Origin: Clostridia bacterium
Lineage (GTDB): Bacteria > Bacillota > Clostridia > Oscillospirales > CAG-272
Direction of reading: 5' to 3'
NCBI GenBank assembly: GCA_017415485.1
Contig: JAFQGP010000115.1
Coordinates: 8,135-72,134, forward strand
Length of the DNA: 64,000 bases
Below, piece after piece: positions 8,332 through 18,186 of this stretch (position 1 is the stretch's first letter; every line of letters starts with the position of its first letter). A model generated the notes under the pieces. The model did not search any database. It was not told the origin of the DNA and saw only the letters and a program-made list of their open reading frames with translations. Made by a program: the position numbers and the translations under genes.

Positions 8332-9180
8332 CTAAGCCTTTCCCTCTTCAATAAGCTCAATAAGCTCCGCGGTGAGACCTTCGGTGTGGTGGCAAAGGCA
8401 GAGATCGGCAACCGCCTTGACACAATCAAGGGCGTTTGAAGGACAAACGGCGACGTCCGCAGCCGCGAGCATTGTCAGATCGTTCTCGTAGTCGCCGCAG
8501 GCATAGATCTTGACGGGCTTGCCAACCTTTTTCTCCACGTATTCGCGCAGAGCCGGGAGCATCGTCGCTTTTGTGGTATTGGGCGATTGGAATTCAAGAT
8601 ATGCCGCGCCGGATTTGCTTGTTTCGAATCTGCCGGGCCATTTTGCTTCGGCAGCTGAGCGGAATTCATCAATGCGCTCGTTTGATCCGCGAACGACGAG
8701 CTTGTACCAATCCGCGATCGAGACCCACTCCTCTTCGGGGAGTGTGAAGACCTTTGCGGGTGCAACTTTGTTCAGATCGCGGTCGACCTCCGGGCAACGT
8801 TCGCGCTGACCGGGTGAGGAAAGGAAGCCTTCCTCCACAGAGATCCTCGCGCCGAGGTCGGGGTATTCCTTGATCATATACTCAACAAGCTCCACTACGT
8901 GCTCGCGGTTCATCAGTCTGCCATCGATCATTTTGTCGGTGCGAAGGTCGCAAAGCATTGCGCCGTTACAACCGACAACGGGCGCGTTGACAAGGTCTGC
9001 CGCGTCGCGCCATTTGTGCTTGAGGTTGAGATTCGTTCTTCCCGTTGCGATAGTGAAATGACCTCCCTGAGCCTTGAGGCGCTCGACAGCTTCAAGATTG
9101 CGCTCGATTGGCGCGCCGTGATTGCCGAAAAAAGTGCCGTCAAGGTCGGTGACGATCAGAATATTACTTAAATCTGCCAT
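8332..9180 (-). CDS. Cof-type HAD-IIB family hydrolase (sugar-phosphatase-like)
   Basis: 282 aa. Motif I is VTDLDGTF. Cap-domain architecture and a C-terminal GDYENDLTM motif. Confidence 0.8.
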   Translation of the reverse strand: MADLSNILIVTDLDGTFFGNHGAPIERNLEAVERLKAQGGHFTIATGRTNLNLKHKWRDAADLVNAPVVGCNGAMLCDLRTDKMIDGRLMNREHVVELVEYMIKEYPDLGARISVEEGFLSSPGQRERCPEVDRDLNKVAPAKVFTLPEEEWVSIADWYKLVVRGSNERIDEFRSAAEAKWPGRFETSKSGAAYLEFQSPNTTKATMLPALREYVEKKVGKPVKIYACGDYENDLTMLAAADVAVCPSNALDCVKAVADLCLCHHTEGLTAELIELIEEGKA

Positions 9181-9181
9181 T

Positions 9182-10126
9182 TTACTGTTCCTGTCTGAAA
9201 ATTTCGATTAGATGCGACATTTCTGCGGGAAGCGGAGCCTCAAAACTCATTCTCTCCCCCGTGCGCGGATGGTCAAGTTCAAGTCTGTAAGCGTGCAGAC
9301 ATTGACCCGAAATGTATTTTGCGTGTTCCTTCGCCGCGCGGCATTTGTCGCCGCCGTAGACTTCATCGCCGAGAACGGGGTGCCCGAGGCTCGACATGTG
9401 CACGCGGATCTGATGCGTTCTGCCCGTTTCGAGCTTGCATTCGATCAAAGAAATGCCGTGAAAACGTTCTTTTACAGTCCAATGAGTAACCGCTTCACGC
9501 GCGCGACCGTCGCGGACGATCGCCATACGCTTGCGGTCAACGGGATGGCGACCTATGGGCGCGTCCACAGTTCCCGCATCCTCACGCGGTGAGCCGACGC
9601 AGATGGCAAGATAGCGCCTATATGCCGTGTGAAGCGCGATCTGCTCGGAAAGCGAGCGGTGCGCGGTGTCGTTCTTTGCAACCACAAGGAGCCCCGAGGT
9701 GTCCTTGTCGATCCTATGTACGATTCCCGGTCGCTGAACGCCGCCGATGCCCGAAAGCGAGTCACCGCAATGATAAAGCAGCGCGGAAACAAGCGTGCCC
9801 GTCATATTTCCGGGCGCGGGATGAACGACCATCCCCGTGGGCTTGTTGATGACGATGATATCGGAATCCTCATATATTATGTCAAGAGGAAGATTCTCGG
9901 GCAGAACCTCGTCGGGGAGCGGCTCGGGGCGCACGACAACAACGCTTTCGCCCTCGCGAAGAATATAATTCTTCTTGACAGCACGACCTCCGACGGTAAC
10001 TCGCCCGTCATCGCAGAGCTTCGCCGCCGCGGAACGGGAAAGCGGTTCTTCCTCCTCGGCACTCATTCGCGCAAGGAAGCTGTCAACTCGCTCGCCCGCC
10101 AAAGCGGTATAAACCGAGGTGCTCAT
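9182..10126 (-). CDS. rluD: 23S rRNA pseudouridine synthase, RluD/RluA family
   Basis: 314 aa. N-terminal S4 domain and the catalytic motif HRIDKDTSGLLVVAK. Confidence 0.9.
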   Translation of the reverse strand: MSTSVYTALAGERVDSFLARMSAEEEEPLSRSAAAKLCDDGRVTVGGRAVKKNYILREGESVVVVRPEPLPDEVLPENLPLDIIYEDSDIIVINKPTGMVVHPAPGNMTGTLVSALLYHCGDSLSGIGGVQRPGIVHRIDKDTSGLLVVAKNDTAHRSLSEQIALHTAYRRYLAICVGSPREDAGTVDAPIGRHPVDRKRMAIVRDGRAREAVTHWTVKERFHGISLIECKLETGRTHQIRVHMSSLGHPVLGDEVYGGDKCRAAKEHAKYISGQCLHAYRLELDHPRTGERMSFEAPLPAEMSHLIEIFRQEQ

Positions 10127-10614
10127 TCCGACTTCTCCTTCTCCGCCTTCTCATTCTTATATGCCTTCACGGTGTCGATGATAAGCCACAGAGAGAGCAT
10201 AAAAGTACCCACGCAAACACAGGAATCGGCAATGTTGAACACCCATTTCCAAAGGTTCGGGAAGGCGCAAAAGTCGATGAAATCTATAACGTAGCCGAGA
10301 AGCACGCGGTCGATCATATTTCCGATGCCGCCGCCGACAATGAGAATGAGCGAGGTCATCACCCATTTGCTTTTCGGCTTGTATTTGCAAATGTAATAGA
10401 TCAGCGCGATTATCATAACCGTTGAAAGCACAAGGAAGACCCAACGGTGATCGTCGAGCATTCCGAAAGCCGCGCCGTCGTTTTCAACGTAAGTGAAGCG
10501 AAGAACGCCGTCAATCAGGTAGTATGACGGCTTGCCCTGAAGCAGAGCAACGACCAGCCATTTTGAAAGCTGATCGGCAAATATTATCAAAACCAAAAGA
10601 ATAATCCAAAGCAT
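10123..10614 (-). CDS. lspA: Lipoprotein signal peptidase II
   Basis: Motifs ADQLSKW, NDGAAFG and FNIAD. I use the ATG at 10614 (MLWIILL...) because the longer ORF to 10671 runs into repeat E2. Confidence 0.85.
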   Translation of the reverse strand: MLWIILLVLIIFADQLSKWLVVALLQGKPSYYLIDGVLRFTYVENDGAAFGMLDDHRWVFLVLSTVMIIALIYYICKYKPKSKWVMTSLILIVGGGIGNMIDRVLLGYVIDFIDFCAFPNLWKWVFNIADSCVCVGTFMLSLWLIIDTVKAYKNEKAEKEKSE

Positions 10615-10657
10615 TTTGCTTTCCTTATTGTATACAAGAAGAATATTTTTCCAAAAA

Positions 10658-11016
10658 GCAAGTGCGAACAAAGCTTTCTGGGTGTCCCCTCATCACCCGC
10701 TGCGGCGGGAGCTTCTCCCAGGAGAAGCCTGGGGAACTGTGAGCTTCGTTTGATATTTCCAATTATTCATTTTTCATTATTCATTTGACCAATTTAGGTT
10801 TATAATGAATAATGAATAATTATTAATTGGCAAGAACACTTTTCTATACAATCGAAACCCAAGTAATATTAATTAACAAATTACATTCATTACTAATAAC
10901 GATAAGCTTCATTTAGATAATTCCAAATGAAGCTAACAGTGACCCCAAGGCTTCTCCTGGGAGAAGCTCCCGCCGCAGCGGGTGATGAGGGGACACCCAG
11001 AAGAATGTGTTAGCAC
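10658..11016. repeat. Long palindromic intergenic element E2 (arms about 95 bp, AT-rich core with a TTATTCA-word inner palindrome)
   Basis: The left arm GCAAGTGCGAACAAAGCTTTCTGGGTGTCCCCTCATCACCCGCTGCGGCGGGAGCTTCTCCCAGGAGAAGCC... recurs as its reverse complement at 10924-11016. The same arm family occurs at 32029 and 34919. Confidence 0.9.
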
Positions 11017-11048
11017 TATCTTTCAAAGAGCTCTAAAACAGATAAATT

Positions 11049-11082
11049 CGGGGTCGGCTCAGATCTTAATGAACCGACCCCA
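11049..11082 (-). terminator. Hairpin downstream of ileS (possible terminator)
   Basis: CGGGGTCGG ... CCGACCCC stem. The T-rich tail is better on the + strand, so its function on the minus strand is uncertain. Confidence 0.4.
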
Positions 11083-11103
11083 ATCTTTTATATTTTTTAA
11101 TGA

Positions 11104-13899
11104 TTAAAGAGTATCGATGATCTGCTTGCATCTTGCGCAGATGAAGCCTTCCTCGGTCTTTTCGCCCTCGGTGGAGTAGCACCAGCAGCGGTCGCAACGC
11201 TCGCCGTCTGCATTCTCAACGAGAACGGCGATCTTGCCTTCCTCGGGAACGTAAGCACCCTCGGGAGCAGTACCTTCAACGACGTGAGCACCGGAGGTGA
11301 TGAATACGGTCTTGAGCTCTTCCTCGGTGAACTTCGCAAGAAGCTCGAGAACGCCCTTGTCTGCGGTGTAAACAGTAACCTTGGCGTCAAGCGACTTACC
11401 AATCTTCTTCTCTGCACGGGCAATTTCAAGCGCCTTCATGACGTCATCGCGGAGAGTGAAGAGGTTTTCCCAACGCTCGGAACCGTCAAACGCGAACTTG
11501 CCTTCAGCCTTCGGCATTTCGGAAAGGTATACGCTTGTCTTGTCATCGCTCGATGCGTGAGGCATAGCCTGCCAGATCTCCTCGGCGGTGAAGGTGAGGA
11601 TGGGCGCGATCATCTTGACGAGTGCCGAGATGATGTAGTAAAGCGCGGTCTGAGCCGAGCGGCGAGCCTGAGACTTGGGATTCTCAACGTAAACTCTGTC
11701 CTTGGTGATGTCGATATAAAGCTTCGACATATCAACGGTGCAGAAGTTGTTGATCGCGTGGTAAACGAGGTGGAAGGAATAGCTGTCATAAGCCTTGCAA
11801 ACCTCTGCGATGAGAGCCTCAAGTCTTGCGAGAGCCCAACGGTCGATGTCGAGCATATCCTCAAGAGCTACACAGTCGGTATCGGGATCAAAGTCGCCGA
11901 GGTTAGCCATGATGATTCGAGCGGTGTTACGGATCTTACGGTAGGTCTCGGAGAGCTGCTTGAAGATGTTATCCGAAACGCGGACGTCAACCTGATAGTC
12001 GCTCGATGCAACCCAGAGGCGGACGAGGTCTGCGCCGTACTTCTTGACGATGTCGTCGGGGTTGATAACGTTGCCGAGGGACTTGTGCATTGCCTTGCCC
12101 TCGCCGTCAACTACCCAACCGTGGGTGAGAACGTTCTTGAAGGGAGCTTCCTTCTTACCGGAACCGATAGCGGTCAGGAGAGATGCCTGGAACCAACCGC
12201 GGTACTGGTCTGCGCCCTCAAGATATACGTCTGCGGGCCATTCTACGTCCGCGCAATCGTCAATTACCGAGAAATGAGTCGAACCCGAGTCGAACCAACC
12301 GTCGAGGGTGTTGGTCTCCTTCGAGAAATGCTTCTTGCCGCAAACGGGGCAAACGTAGTCCTCGCCGAGGATCTCGGAAGCCTCAAGGTCGAACCAAGCG
12401 TTCGAGCCCTTTTCTGCAAATACCTTTGCAACCTTGTCGATGGTCTCGTCGTTGCAGATAGCCTCGCCGCAGTCCTCGCAGTAGAATACGGGAATGGGAA
12501 GACCCCAATGACGCTGACGGGAGATGCACCAGTCTGCGCGTTCACGGATCATCTGAACCATTCTCTCGCCGCCCCAGGCAGGGAGCCAGGTTACGGGCTC
12601 GCAAGCCGCAACGGCATCATCCTTGAAGCCTGCAACAGAGCAGAACCACTGGGGAGTTGCGCGGAAGATGATGGGATTCTTGCATCTCCAGCAGTGAGGA
12701 TAGGAGTGAACTGTCTCCTCGGATGCGAAGAGAGCACCCGATTCCTTCATATCGGCAAGGATTACCTCGTTCGACTTTGCATAGTAAAGTCCCGCATATT
12801 TGCCCGCTTCCTCGGTCTGATAACCGCGGTCGTCAACGGGAACGATGATATCGATATTGTATCTCTTGCAGGTGTTATAGTCATCCGCACCAAAACCGGG
12901 AGCGGTGTGAACACATCCTGTACCGCTGTCCATGGTAACGTAGTCGGCGTTGACAACGATGGAATCGCGGTCAAGGAAGGGATGACGTGCGGTCATAAAC
13001 TCAAACTCGCGTCCGGGCATGGTGAGAACGGTCTCGTACTCCTCAATGCCGCCTGCAGCCATTGTCTTTGCCGCAAGAGCCTCTGCTACGATGTAGCAGC
13101 TACCGTCAGCCGCGCGGAGAACAACGTAGTTCTCGATGGGGTTAAGAGCGATCGCAAGGTTGCCGGGGAGAGTCCAGGTGGTAGTCGTCCAGATGATGAA
13201 GTAGGTCTTGTCGAGGTCGATGCCCGCAAGCTTGCCCTTGTCATCGTTTACCTTGAATTTAACGAAGATGGAGGTGCACTTGTCGTCTGCATACTCGATC
13301 TCAGCCTCTGCGAGAGCGGTCTCGTCGTGAGGGCACCAATAAACGGGCTTGAGACCCTTGTAGATGTATCCGCGCTTGAACATTTCGCCGAAAACGCGAA
13401 CCTCGCGAGCCTCGAACTCGGGAGCCATGGTGATGTAGGGATGCTCCCAATCCGCAACTACGCCGAGTCTCTGGAACTGAAGCGACTGCTTATCAACGAA
13501 GTCCTGCGCGAACTTGTGGCAAGCCGAGCGGAACTCCGAGATCGACATCTTCTTGCGGTCGAGCTTATTCTTCTTGATGATCGCGGACTCAATGGGCATA
13601 CCGTGGTTGTCCCATCCGGGAACGAAGGGAACGCGGTAGCCTTCCATGATCTTCGACTTATTGATAATATCCTTGAGGATCTTGTTGAGCGCGTGACCCA
13701 TGTGGATGTTTCCGTTCGAGAAGGGAGGGCCATCGTGGAGCGCAAACTGGGGCTTACCCTCTGCATTTTCGAGCAGACGGTTGTAAAGATCCTTTTCCTG
13801 CCAATACTTGAGCATATCGGGCTCGCGCTGAGGCAGATTTGCCCTCATCGCAAAGCTTGTCTGGGGCAGATTGAGTGTACTTGTGTAGTCCTTGGACAT
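11104..13899 (-). CDS. ileS: Isoleucyl-tRNA synthetase
   Basis: 931 aa. HIGH motif (NIHMGHALNK), KMSKS-like motif (AMHKSLGN), and a C-terminal Zn-finger (CDRCWCY...CARC). Confidence 0.97.
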   Translation of the reverse strand: MSKDYTSTLNLPQTSFAMRANLPQREPDMLKYWQEKDLYNRLLENAEGKPQFALHDGPPFSNGNIHMGHALNKILKDIINKSKIMEGYRVPFVPGWDNHGMPIESAIIKKNKLDRKKMSISEFRSACHKFAQDFVDKQSLQFQRLGVVADWEHPYITMAPEFEAREVRVFGEMFKRGYIYKGLKPVYWCPHDETALAEAEIEYADDKCTSIFVKFKVNDDKGKLAGIDLDKTYFIIWTTTTWTLPGNLAIALNPIENYVVLRAADGSCYIVAEALAAKTMAAGGIEEYETVLTMPGREFEFMTARHPFLDRDSIVVNADYVTMDSGTGCVHTAPGFGADDYNTCKRYNIDIIVPVDDRGYQTEEAGKYAGLYYAKSNEVILADMKESGALFASEETVHSYPHCWRCKNPIIFRATPQWFCSVAGFKDDAVAACEPVTWLPAWGGERMVQMIRERADWCISRQRHWGLPIPVFYCEDCGEAICNDETIDKVAKVFAEKGSNAWFDLEASEILGEDYVCPVCGKKHFSKETNTLDGWFDSGSTHFSVIDDCADVEWPADVYLEGADQYRGWFQASLLTAIGSGKKEAPFKNVLTHGWVVDGEGKAMHKSLGNVINPDDIVKKYGADLVRLWVASSDYQVDVRVSDNIFKQLSETYRKIRNTARIIMANLGDFDPDTDCVALEDMLDIDRWALARLEALIAEVCKAYDSYSFHLVYHAINNFCTVDMSKLYIDITKDRVYVENPKSQARRSAQTALYYIISALVKMIAPILTFTAEEIWQAMPHASSDDKTSVYLSEMPKAEGKFAFDGSERWENLFTLRDDVMKALEIARAEKKIGKSLDAKVTVYTADKGVLELLAKFTEEELKTVFITSGAHVVEGTAPEGAYVPEEGKIAVLVENADGERCDRCWCYSTEGEKTEEGFICARCKQIIDTL

Positions 13900-13936
13900 A
13901 ATGTGTATATCTCCTTAAAATTATGTAATTCAGATT

Positions 13937-15067
13937 TTATTTTTTGAGTCTTGCGCGGATGGCGTCAAGAGCACTCTTCATATCGTTAAAGGAAGTGGGA
14001 GCGGGCTTTTCTGCAGGCTTTTCTTCCTCGGCGGGAGCTTCGAGCTCTTCGGCTTTCTCTGCTTCCTCGGTTTCGGGCTCTGCTTCATCGCCGGCGAACA
14101 TTTCGTTCAGCTTTGCGGTGAGATCTTCATCCTTGACTTCTTCGGCGGGCTCGATCTCCTCGGTGGGGGCGTCAAGTCCGGCAAATCGGATGAGCTGATC
14201 TGCAATGCTTTCTTCTTCCTTGTTCTCTTCCTCGGGAGCTTCATCGGCTTCCTCTTCGATCTCGATCACCTCGGGCTCGGGGATAGCCTCGGGTTCTTCG
14301 ATCACTTCGGGTTCTTCGGTGATCTCGGGTTCGGGAGCGGACTCGGATTTTACGTCTTCCTCGGGCTCATCCTCAAATTCGGACATAAGAGCGACCTCGG
14401 CAAGAAGATCTTCTTCCTTTTCCTCGGTAGCTTCGGGGATCTGTTCGGGCTCTGCCTCTGCGGGCTCGTCCGCGAAGATCATGGGGATAACGTCGGTGGG
14501 CACGCCGTCGAGCTTGTCACCGAGCGCGTCGATGGCATCAAGAATATCCTGTGCTTTATTATTTGCAGACGTTGCAACAAGACAAGCCGATTCGCTTGCA
14601 GACTTTGATGCCTCTGCAACATCCTTTATCTGTCCGACAGCACTTGCGGCAGATTCGGCGGCATCAAGTGCATCCTCGGCGGCATCGCGCGCCTCTTCTG
14701 CGGCAGTCTTGGCAACAGAGGCAGATTCCTCAGCCTTCTTTGCCGAAATAGCCGCGTCGTTGACAACGCAAAGAGTATCGTTGACAGCATTCTTGATCGA
14801 ATCGATCTTCGCCTCAAGGGCGCCTATCATTAACTCAAGCCCCGCAACGGTGTGCTCGAGACCCGAAAGGTCTACGCTGACAGCTTCTGCGGGCGCAGCC
14901 TTCGCCTCCTCGCGAAGAGCCGCGATCTCTGCCTTGAGATCGGCATTTTCCTTGTAAAGACGTCCCGACACCGCAAAAAGCTCGGAGAGCGCGGCATCTA
15001 CGTTTTTCGAGGGATAGCTTTCACCCGAAAGAGAGTATTTTTGTTTGAAATTTTCCGGAATTTTCAT
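13937..15067 (-). CDS. DivIVA-domain protein with a long acidic E/P/A-rich C-terminal region
   Basis: Start at MKIPENF (GGAG RBS). N-terminal coiled coil LYKENADLKAEIAALREE. Position is sepF-yggT-X-ileS. The C-terminal region of about 200 aa is low complexity. Confidence 0.7.
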   Translation of the reverse strand: MKIPENFKQKYSLSGESYPSKNVDAALSELFAVSGRLYKENADLKAEIAALREEAKAAPAEAVSVDLSGLEHTVAGLELMIGALEAKIDSIKNAVNDTLCVVNDAAISAKKAEESASVAKTAAEEARDAAEDALDAAESAASAVGQIKDVAEASKSASESACLVATSANNKAQDILDAIDALGDKLDGVPTDVIPMIFADEPAEAEPEQIPEATEEKEEDLLAEVALMSEFEDEPEEDVKSESAPEPEITEEPEVIEEPEAIPEPEVIEIEEEADEAPEEENKEEESIADQLIRFAGLDAPTEEIEPAEEVKDEDLTAKLNEMFAGDEAEPETEEAEKAEELEAPAEEEKPAEKPAPTSFNDMKSALDAIRARLKK

Positions 15068-15093
15068 TATTTCTCCATTCTGCCGCGAGGGCA

Positions 15094-15381
15094 TCAAATT
15101 AGCATGGGAATACTGCCGAGCAGCGTTTGAAGCATTGCAAGAAGGATCGAGGCCAGGAAAAACGAAACGTCAAGCGGTGACCCTTGAAAGAGATTGAACT
15201 TTTCAAGCAACAAACGCACGGGCATTATGAAGGGCTCGGTAAAGAAATAAAGCACCATTGAAAGCTTGCTTTCCTCGCCCATAAAAAATATCGAAAGCAG
15301 AGCTCTTATGAGCATTGCAAAGAGCACCGCCGTAAGGATAAGGTCAACGAAATTGACCGTGAGTACCAAAAAGAGTTTCAA
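15094..15381 (-). CDS. YggT family membrane protein
   Basis: 95 aa with 2-3 TM segments. It lies directly downstream of sepF, as in Firmicutes division clusters. Confidence 0.8.
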   Translation of the reverse strand: MKLFLVLTVNFVDLILTAVLFAMLIRALLSIFFMGEESKLSMVLYFFTEPFIMPVRLLLEKFNLFQGSPLDVSFFLASILLAMLQTLLGSIPMLI

Positions 15382-15404
15382 AAACTATTCCGCCTTTCGG
15401 AATA

Positions 15405-15896
15405 TCAATAGTTGTATCCGCCAATGCCGCTAAAGCCTGCAAAGCCATATCCCTCATCCTCGGGAGCGGGCTCTTCGGATTCAATGACCTCCTCGGCAAT
15501 TTCCATGCTGTGGGGAGAAAGCATATAGGTGGTCTCGGAAACGGGCTGTATCTGTCCGCCGATGGCGTAAACAACACCGGTGAGGAAGCAAACGAGGTCG
15601 TGGGAGACCTCCTTGGTTGCGTTCTCAAGGTGAATAAGAACGGGGTGGTTCTCCATAAGTGCGTTGGCAATGATCTGTCCATCCGCAAAGGTGGTGGGAC
15701 GAATGAGCTTCATCTGCATAGGTGCGGACATAGCCGCTCCGAAGGAAGGTCTTGCGGGAGCCTGGGGCTTGGGAGCTGCGGGCTTTTCCTCCTGTGCGGG
15801 GGCTGCAAAATCCTCTTCCTGTCCGTAGTAAGCGGGATCGTAATCTTCTTCTTTAGCAGTCTTGATCTGCTTGTTGAAAATATTAAGAGATGCCAT
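15405..15896 (-). CDS. sepF: Cell division protein SepF
   Basis: 163 aa. The conserved C-terminal domain reads ...IRPTTFADGQIIANALMENHPVLIHLENA...FLTGVVYAIGG. Confidence 0.85.
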   Translation of the reverse strand: MASLNIFNKQIKTAKEEDYDPAYYGQEEDFAAPAQEEKPAAPKPQAPARPSFGAAMSAPMQMKLIRPTTFADGQIIANALMENHPVLIHLENATKEVSHDLVCFLTGVVYAIGGQIQPVSETTYMLSPHSMEIAEEVIESEEPAPEDEGYGFAGFSGIGGYNY

Positions 15897-15912
15897 TTTT
15901 TAATCCTCCGAT

Positions 15913-16644
15913 TTATTTATCATTTGTTTTATTTTTCAAGTTCATCATGTCCGCCGTCGTTCTTCCGAAAACGCTGCTTCCAAGGCGGACGATCGTTGCA
16001 CCCGCAGCGATAGCGGGGCGGTAGCTTTCGCTCATTCCCATTGAAAATATGGGCTCTCCCTCTCTTACGAGGGTGTTTTTCCAAACATCGCATCCGATGT
16101 CGTGTGTTTCTTTGAAATATCGGTAATAATCTTCGCTGCGCTCGCATTTCGGAGCCATTGTCATGAATCCGCAAAGCTCGAGGTGCGGGTATTTTGTAAG
16201 CTCGAGGCAGAAGCCGGACAGCTCCTCGGGCAAAAGCCCGCTTTTCGATTCTTCGCGCCCGATGTTGATCTCGGCAAGCACGCGGGTCGTGATCCCTCTC
16301 TTTGCCGATTGCTTTTCGATCTCCTCGGCAAGCCCGAGAGATTCAAGCGAGTGGATAAGCGCGACCTTGTCGATTATCGACTTCACCTTGTTTCTTTGCA
16401 GATGACCGATGAAGTGTATCTCGACGCGATTTTTCATCCCCTCGTAATGCTCAAGCAGGGTGTCGGTTCTGTTTTCGCCGATGACGTCAAGCCCGCGGTG
16501 CTCGCAAAGAGCATCAAGTTCCTCGGACGTGGCGTATTTTGCGGCAACAACGAGCCGCACGTTCTCGCCGCCCGCCTCGCGGATGCCCGCCATAGCGCAG
16601 TCATAACGCAAAAGCAACTCTTCAAATCTATTTTGTTCGCTCAT
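15913..16644 (-). CDS. YggS-family pyridoxal-phosphate homeostasis protein
   Basis: Motifs VVAAKYAT, HFIGHLQRNK and SMGMSESY. I prefer the ATG at 16644 (MSEQN), 1 nt after the upstream stop; the track start at 16653 is a TTG. Confidence 0.85.
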   Translation of the reverse strand: MSEQNRFEELLLRYDCAMAGIREAGGENVRLVVAAKYATSEELDALCEHRGLDVIGENRTDTLLEHYEGMKNRVEIHFIGHLQRNKVKSIIDKVALIHSLESLGLAEEIEKQSAKRGITTRVLAEINIGREESKSGLLPEELSGFCLELTKYPHLELCGFMTMAPKCERSEDYYRYFKETHDIGCDVWKNTLVREGEPIFSMGMSESYRPAIAAGATIVRLGSSVFGRTTADMMNLKNKTNDK

Positions 16645-16645
16645 A

Positions 16646-18163
16646 TCAGTCAAGTGCCTTTCCGTGATATAGATCCTTACCCGTCAGAATGATCTGCTCA
16701 AGATCGTTCAGGTGGTAGAAATAGCGCAGTGTCCTTCCCTTCGGCACGGGTATTCCGCCGTTGTCGTACACCGTTTTCTCAAGCCCCAGCCCCTCTGCAA
16801 AAGAGTGAAGCGAGGCATAATCGTCGATCTTTCCTTGATCCGGGAAGCCGAGAGAGGTATATGTCAGCGGCTTGCCGGGCTCGGCATCGGAATAATCTGC
16901 GGCAATGCAGTAGCCGTCGCCTTCAAAGATGACCTTGATCTGTCTGAAAAGGACGTATCCGCCGCCAAGCGTGTAAACGCCTGTCATTCCGTCATAGAAA
17001 CGCACCGAGGAAAGCGGAATGCGATAGCCGTGGTAGGATGCATATTCGATGCTGACGTCCTGCGTTCTGCGATAAACGAATCCATTAGGCATCTCGCTCG
17101 TCGAAAAGATCAGAAGCGCCTCGGCGCGGTCGCCATCGTCATCGTGATCGTCAAGGTCGAGCACAAGGCGTTCAAGATTCATCGTCAGCACCTTTCCGCC
17201 GTTGTCGTTGAAGGTGATGTCGTAATCCCTTCCCGACTCAAATCCCCTCGCCTTTTCCGAGTCAAAGGGCAGGCAGAGATACCATTTCGGATTGTCGAGC
17301 ATCTTTCCGACACAGCCCGCGGTATCTGCGGGTTCTTGTGCCGTCAGTTCGGCAAATTCGCCGAAGGTAATATTTTTCAGAAGCGCGGGGTCAAAGATCG
17401 CCTCGTAGCCGTCGCAGTCGCGGAAGAAATATCCCACGCTGTCGGCGTTCACGCTTCCCGTCTTCTTGCCGTAAGCGGCAACAAGTCCGCTTCTTTCGGC
17501 ATAGAGCATACTGATTTGGTTTTTTATATCCCCCGATCCGTTTTCAAGGGCATCTATACGCCCGATTGCGGAAAGGAAGGAATCCGAGATCGCGGCTGCA
17601 TCGGCATATTTGCCCTCGGAAAGCAGGAGCATGATCTCGGCATATCCCGCACTCGCATCGCGGAGTGCTTCGGGGAGACCCGTTTCGATAACACCCGTGT
17701 CCACGATCGATTCAAGCAGGGCGATCTCGCGGTCTATCTCGGCAATACGAACGCGCACGTCATCGGTGAGAGACGAATAAAGATGGCAGATCAATTCACC
17801 CACGCCGATCCTTTCGCCGTCTACAACCTGATAATCGGGCGTGCCCGATGATTTTGTGCGGACGGGACTTTCGCTTCTGACTATATAGCCAACCCCGCGG
17901 CGGTATTCCTTTTCGGTAACGTCATAGGCGGGAGTTGTCGTGACGTCGGAGGTGAAGGTCTTTACGGTATGATAACCGAAATAGAGCACCAGCCCCACCG
18001 ATGCGGCGGCAACCGCAATCGTCAGAAGCGCTGAAAAGAGGTAGGAAAAGTCAAAGCCAATCTTTCGCTCTTTCTTCTCATCGGTGCGTCCGCTATTCAC
18101 TTTTGTTATATCCGAACGCCGCGCGGTGGCAAGCGATACTTTATCTTTTCCTTGTTTTTTCAT
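16646..18163 (-). CDS. Membrane-anchored protein with an HlyD-like barrel-sandwich/coiled-coil region; function unknown
   Basis: 505 aa. Basic N-terminus, one TM segment (LFSALLTIAVAAASVGLVLYFGY), then the lipoyl-like motif GYIVRSE...VVDGERIGVGELICHL. Confidence 0.55.
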   Translation of the reverse strand: MKKQGKDKVSLATARRSDITKVNSGRTDEKKERKIGFDFSYLFSALLTIAVAAASVGLVLYFGYHTVKTFTSDVTTTPAYDVTEKEYRRGVGYIVRSESPVRTKSSGTPDYQVVDGERIGVGELICHLYSSLTDDVRVRIAEIDREIALLESIVDTGVIETGLPEALRDASAGYAEIMLLLSEGKYADAAAISDSFLSAIGRIDALENGSGDIKNQISMLYAERSGLVAAYGKKTGSVNADSVGYFFRDCDGYEAIFDPALLKNITFGEFAELTAQEPADTAGCVGKMLDNPKWYLCLPFDSEKARGFESGRDYDITFNDNGGKVLTMNLERLVLDLDDHDDDGDRAEALLIFSTSEMPNGFVYRRTQDVSIEYASYHGYRIPLSSVRFYDGMTGVYTLGGGYVLFRQIKVIFEGDGYCIAADYSDAEPGKPLTYTSLGFPDQGKIDDYASLHSFAEGLGLEKTVYDNGGIPVPKGRTLRYFYHLNDLEQIILTGKDLYHGKALD

Positions 18164-18186
18164 TAATATTTGCTGTTTTTCGTAAT

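Noticed and set aside
10658-11016. The palindromic E elements as classical IS or MITE insertions with target-site duplications.
   Set aside because: I found no direct duplication flanking any of the six E elements and no transposase ORF in the window. Mobility remains a hypothesis and is not called as a mobile_element feature.
13900-13936. An expected T-box leader upstream of ileS.
   Set aside because: Only 37 nt separate the ileS start from the upstream divIVA-like stop, which is far too short for a T-box of about 200 nt or more. No specifier or T-box motif is visible.
11284-13947. An 887-aa ORF on the plus strand opposite ileS, plus similar long antisense ORFs opposite other genes (e.g. 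29626-30966, 41848-42729, 46137-47468, 53142-54389, 55672-57015, 58563-60038, 60116-61903).
   Set aside because: These are shadow ORFs typical of GC-rich coding regions. The opposite strand carries genes with clear family signatures. The antisense translations are low-complexity (V/G/A/L/R-rich) and lack RBSs and recognisable motifs.
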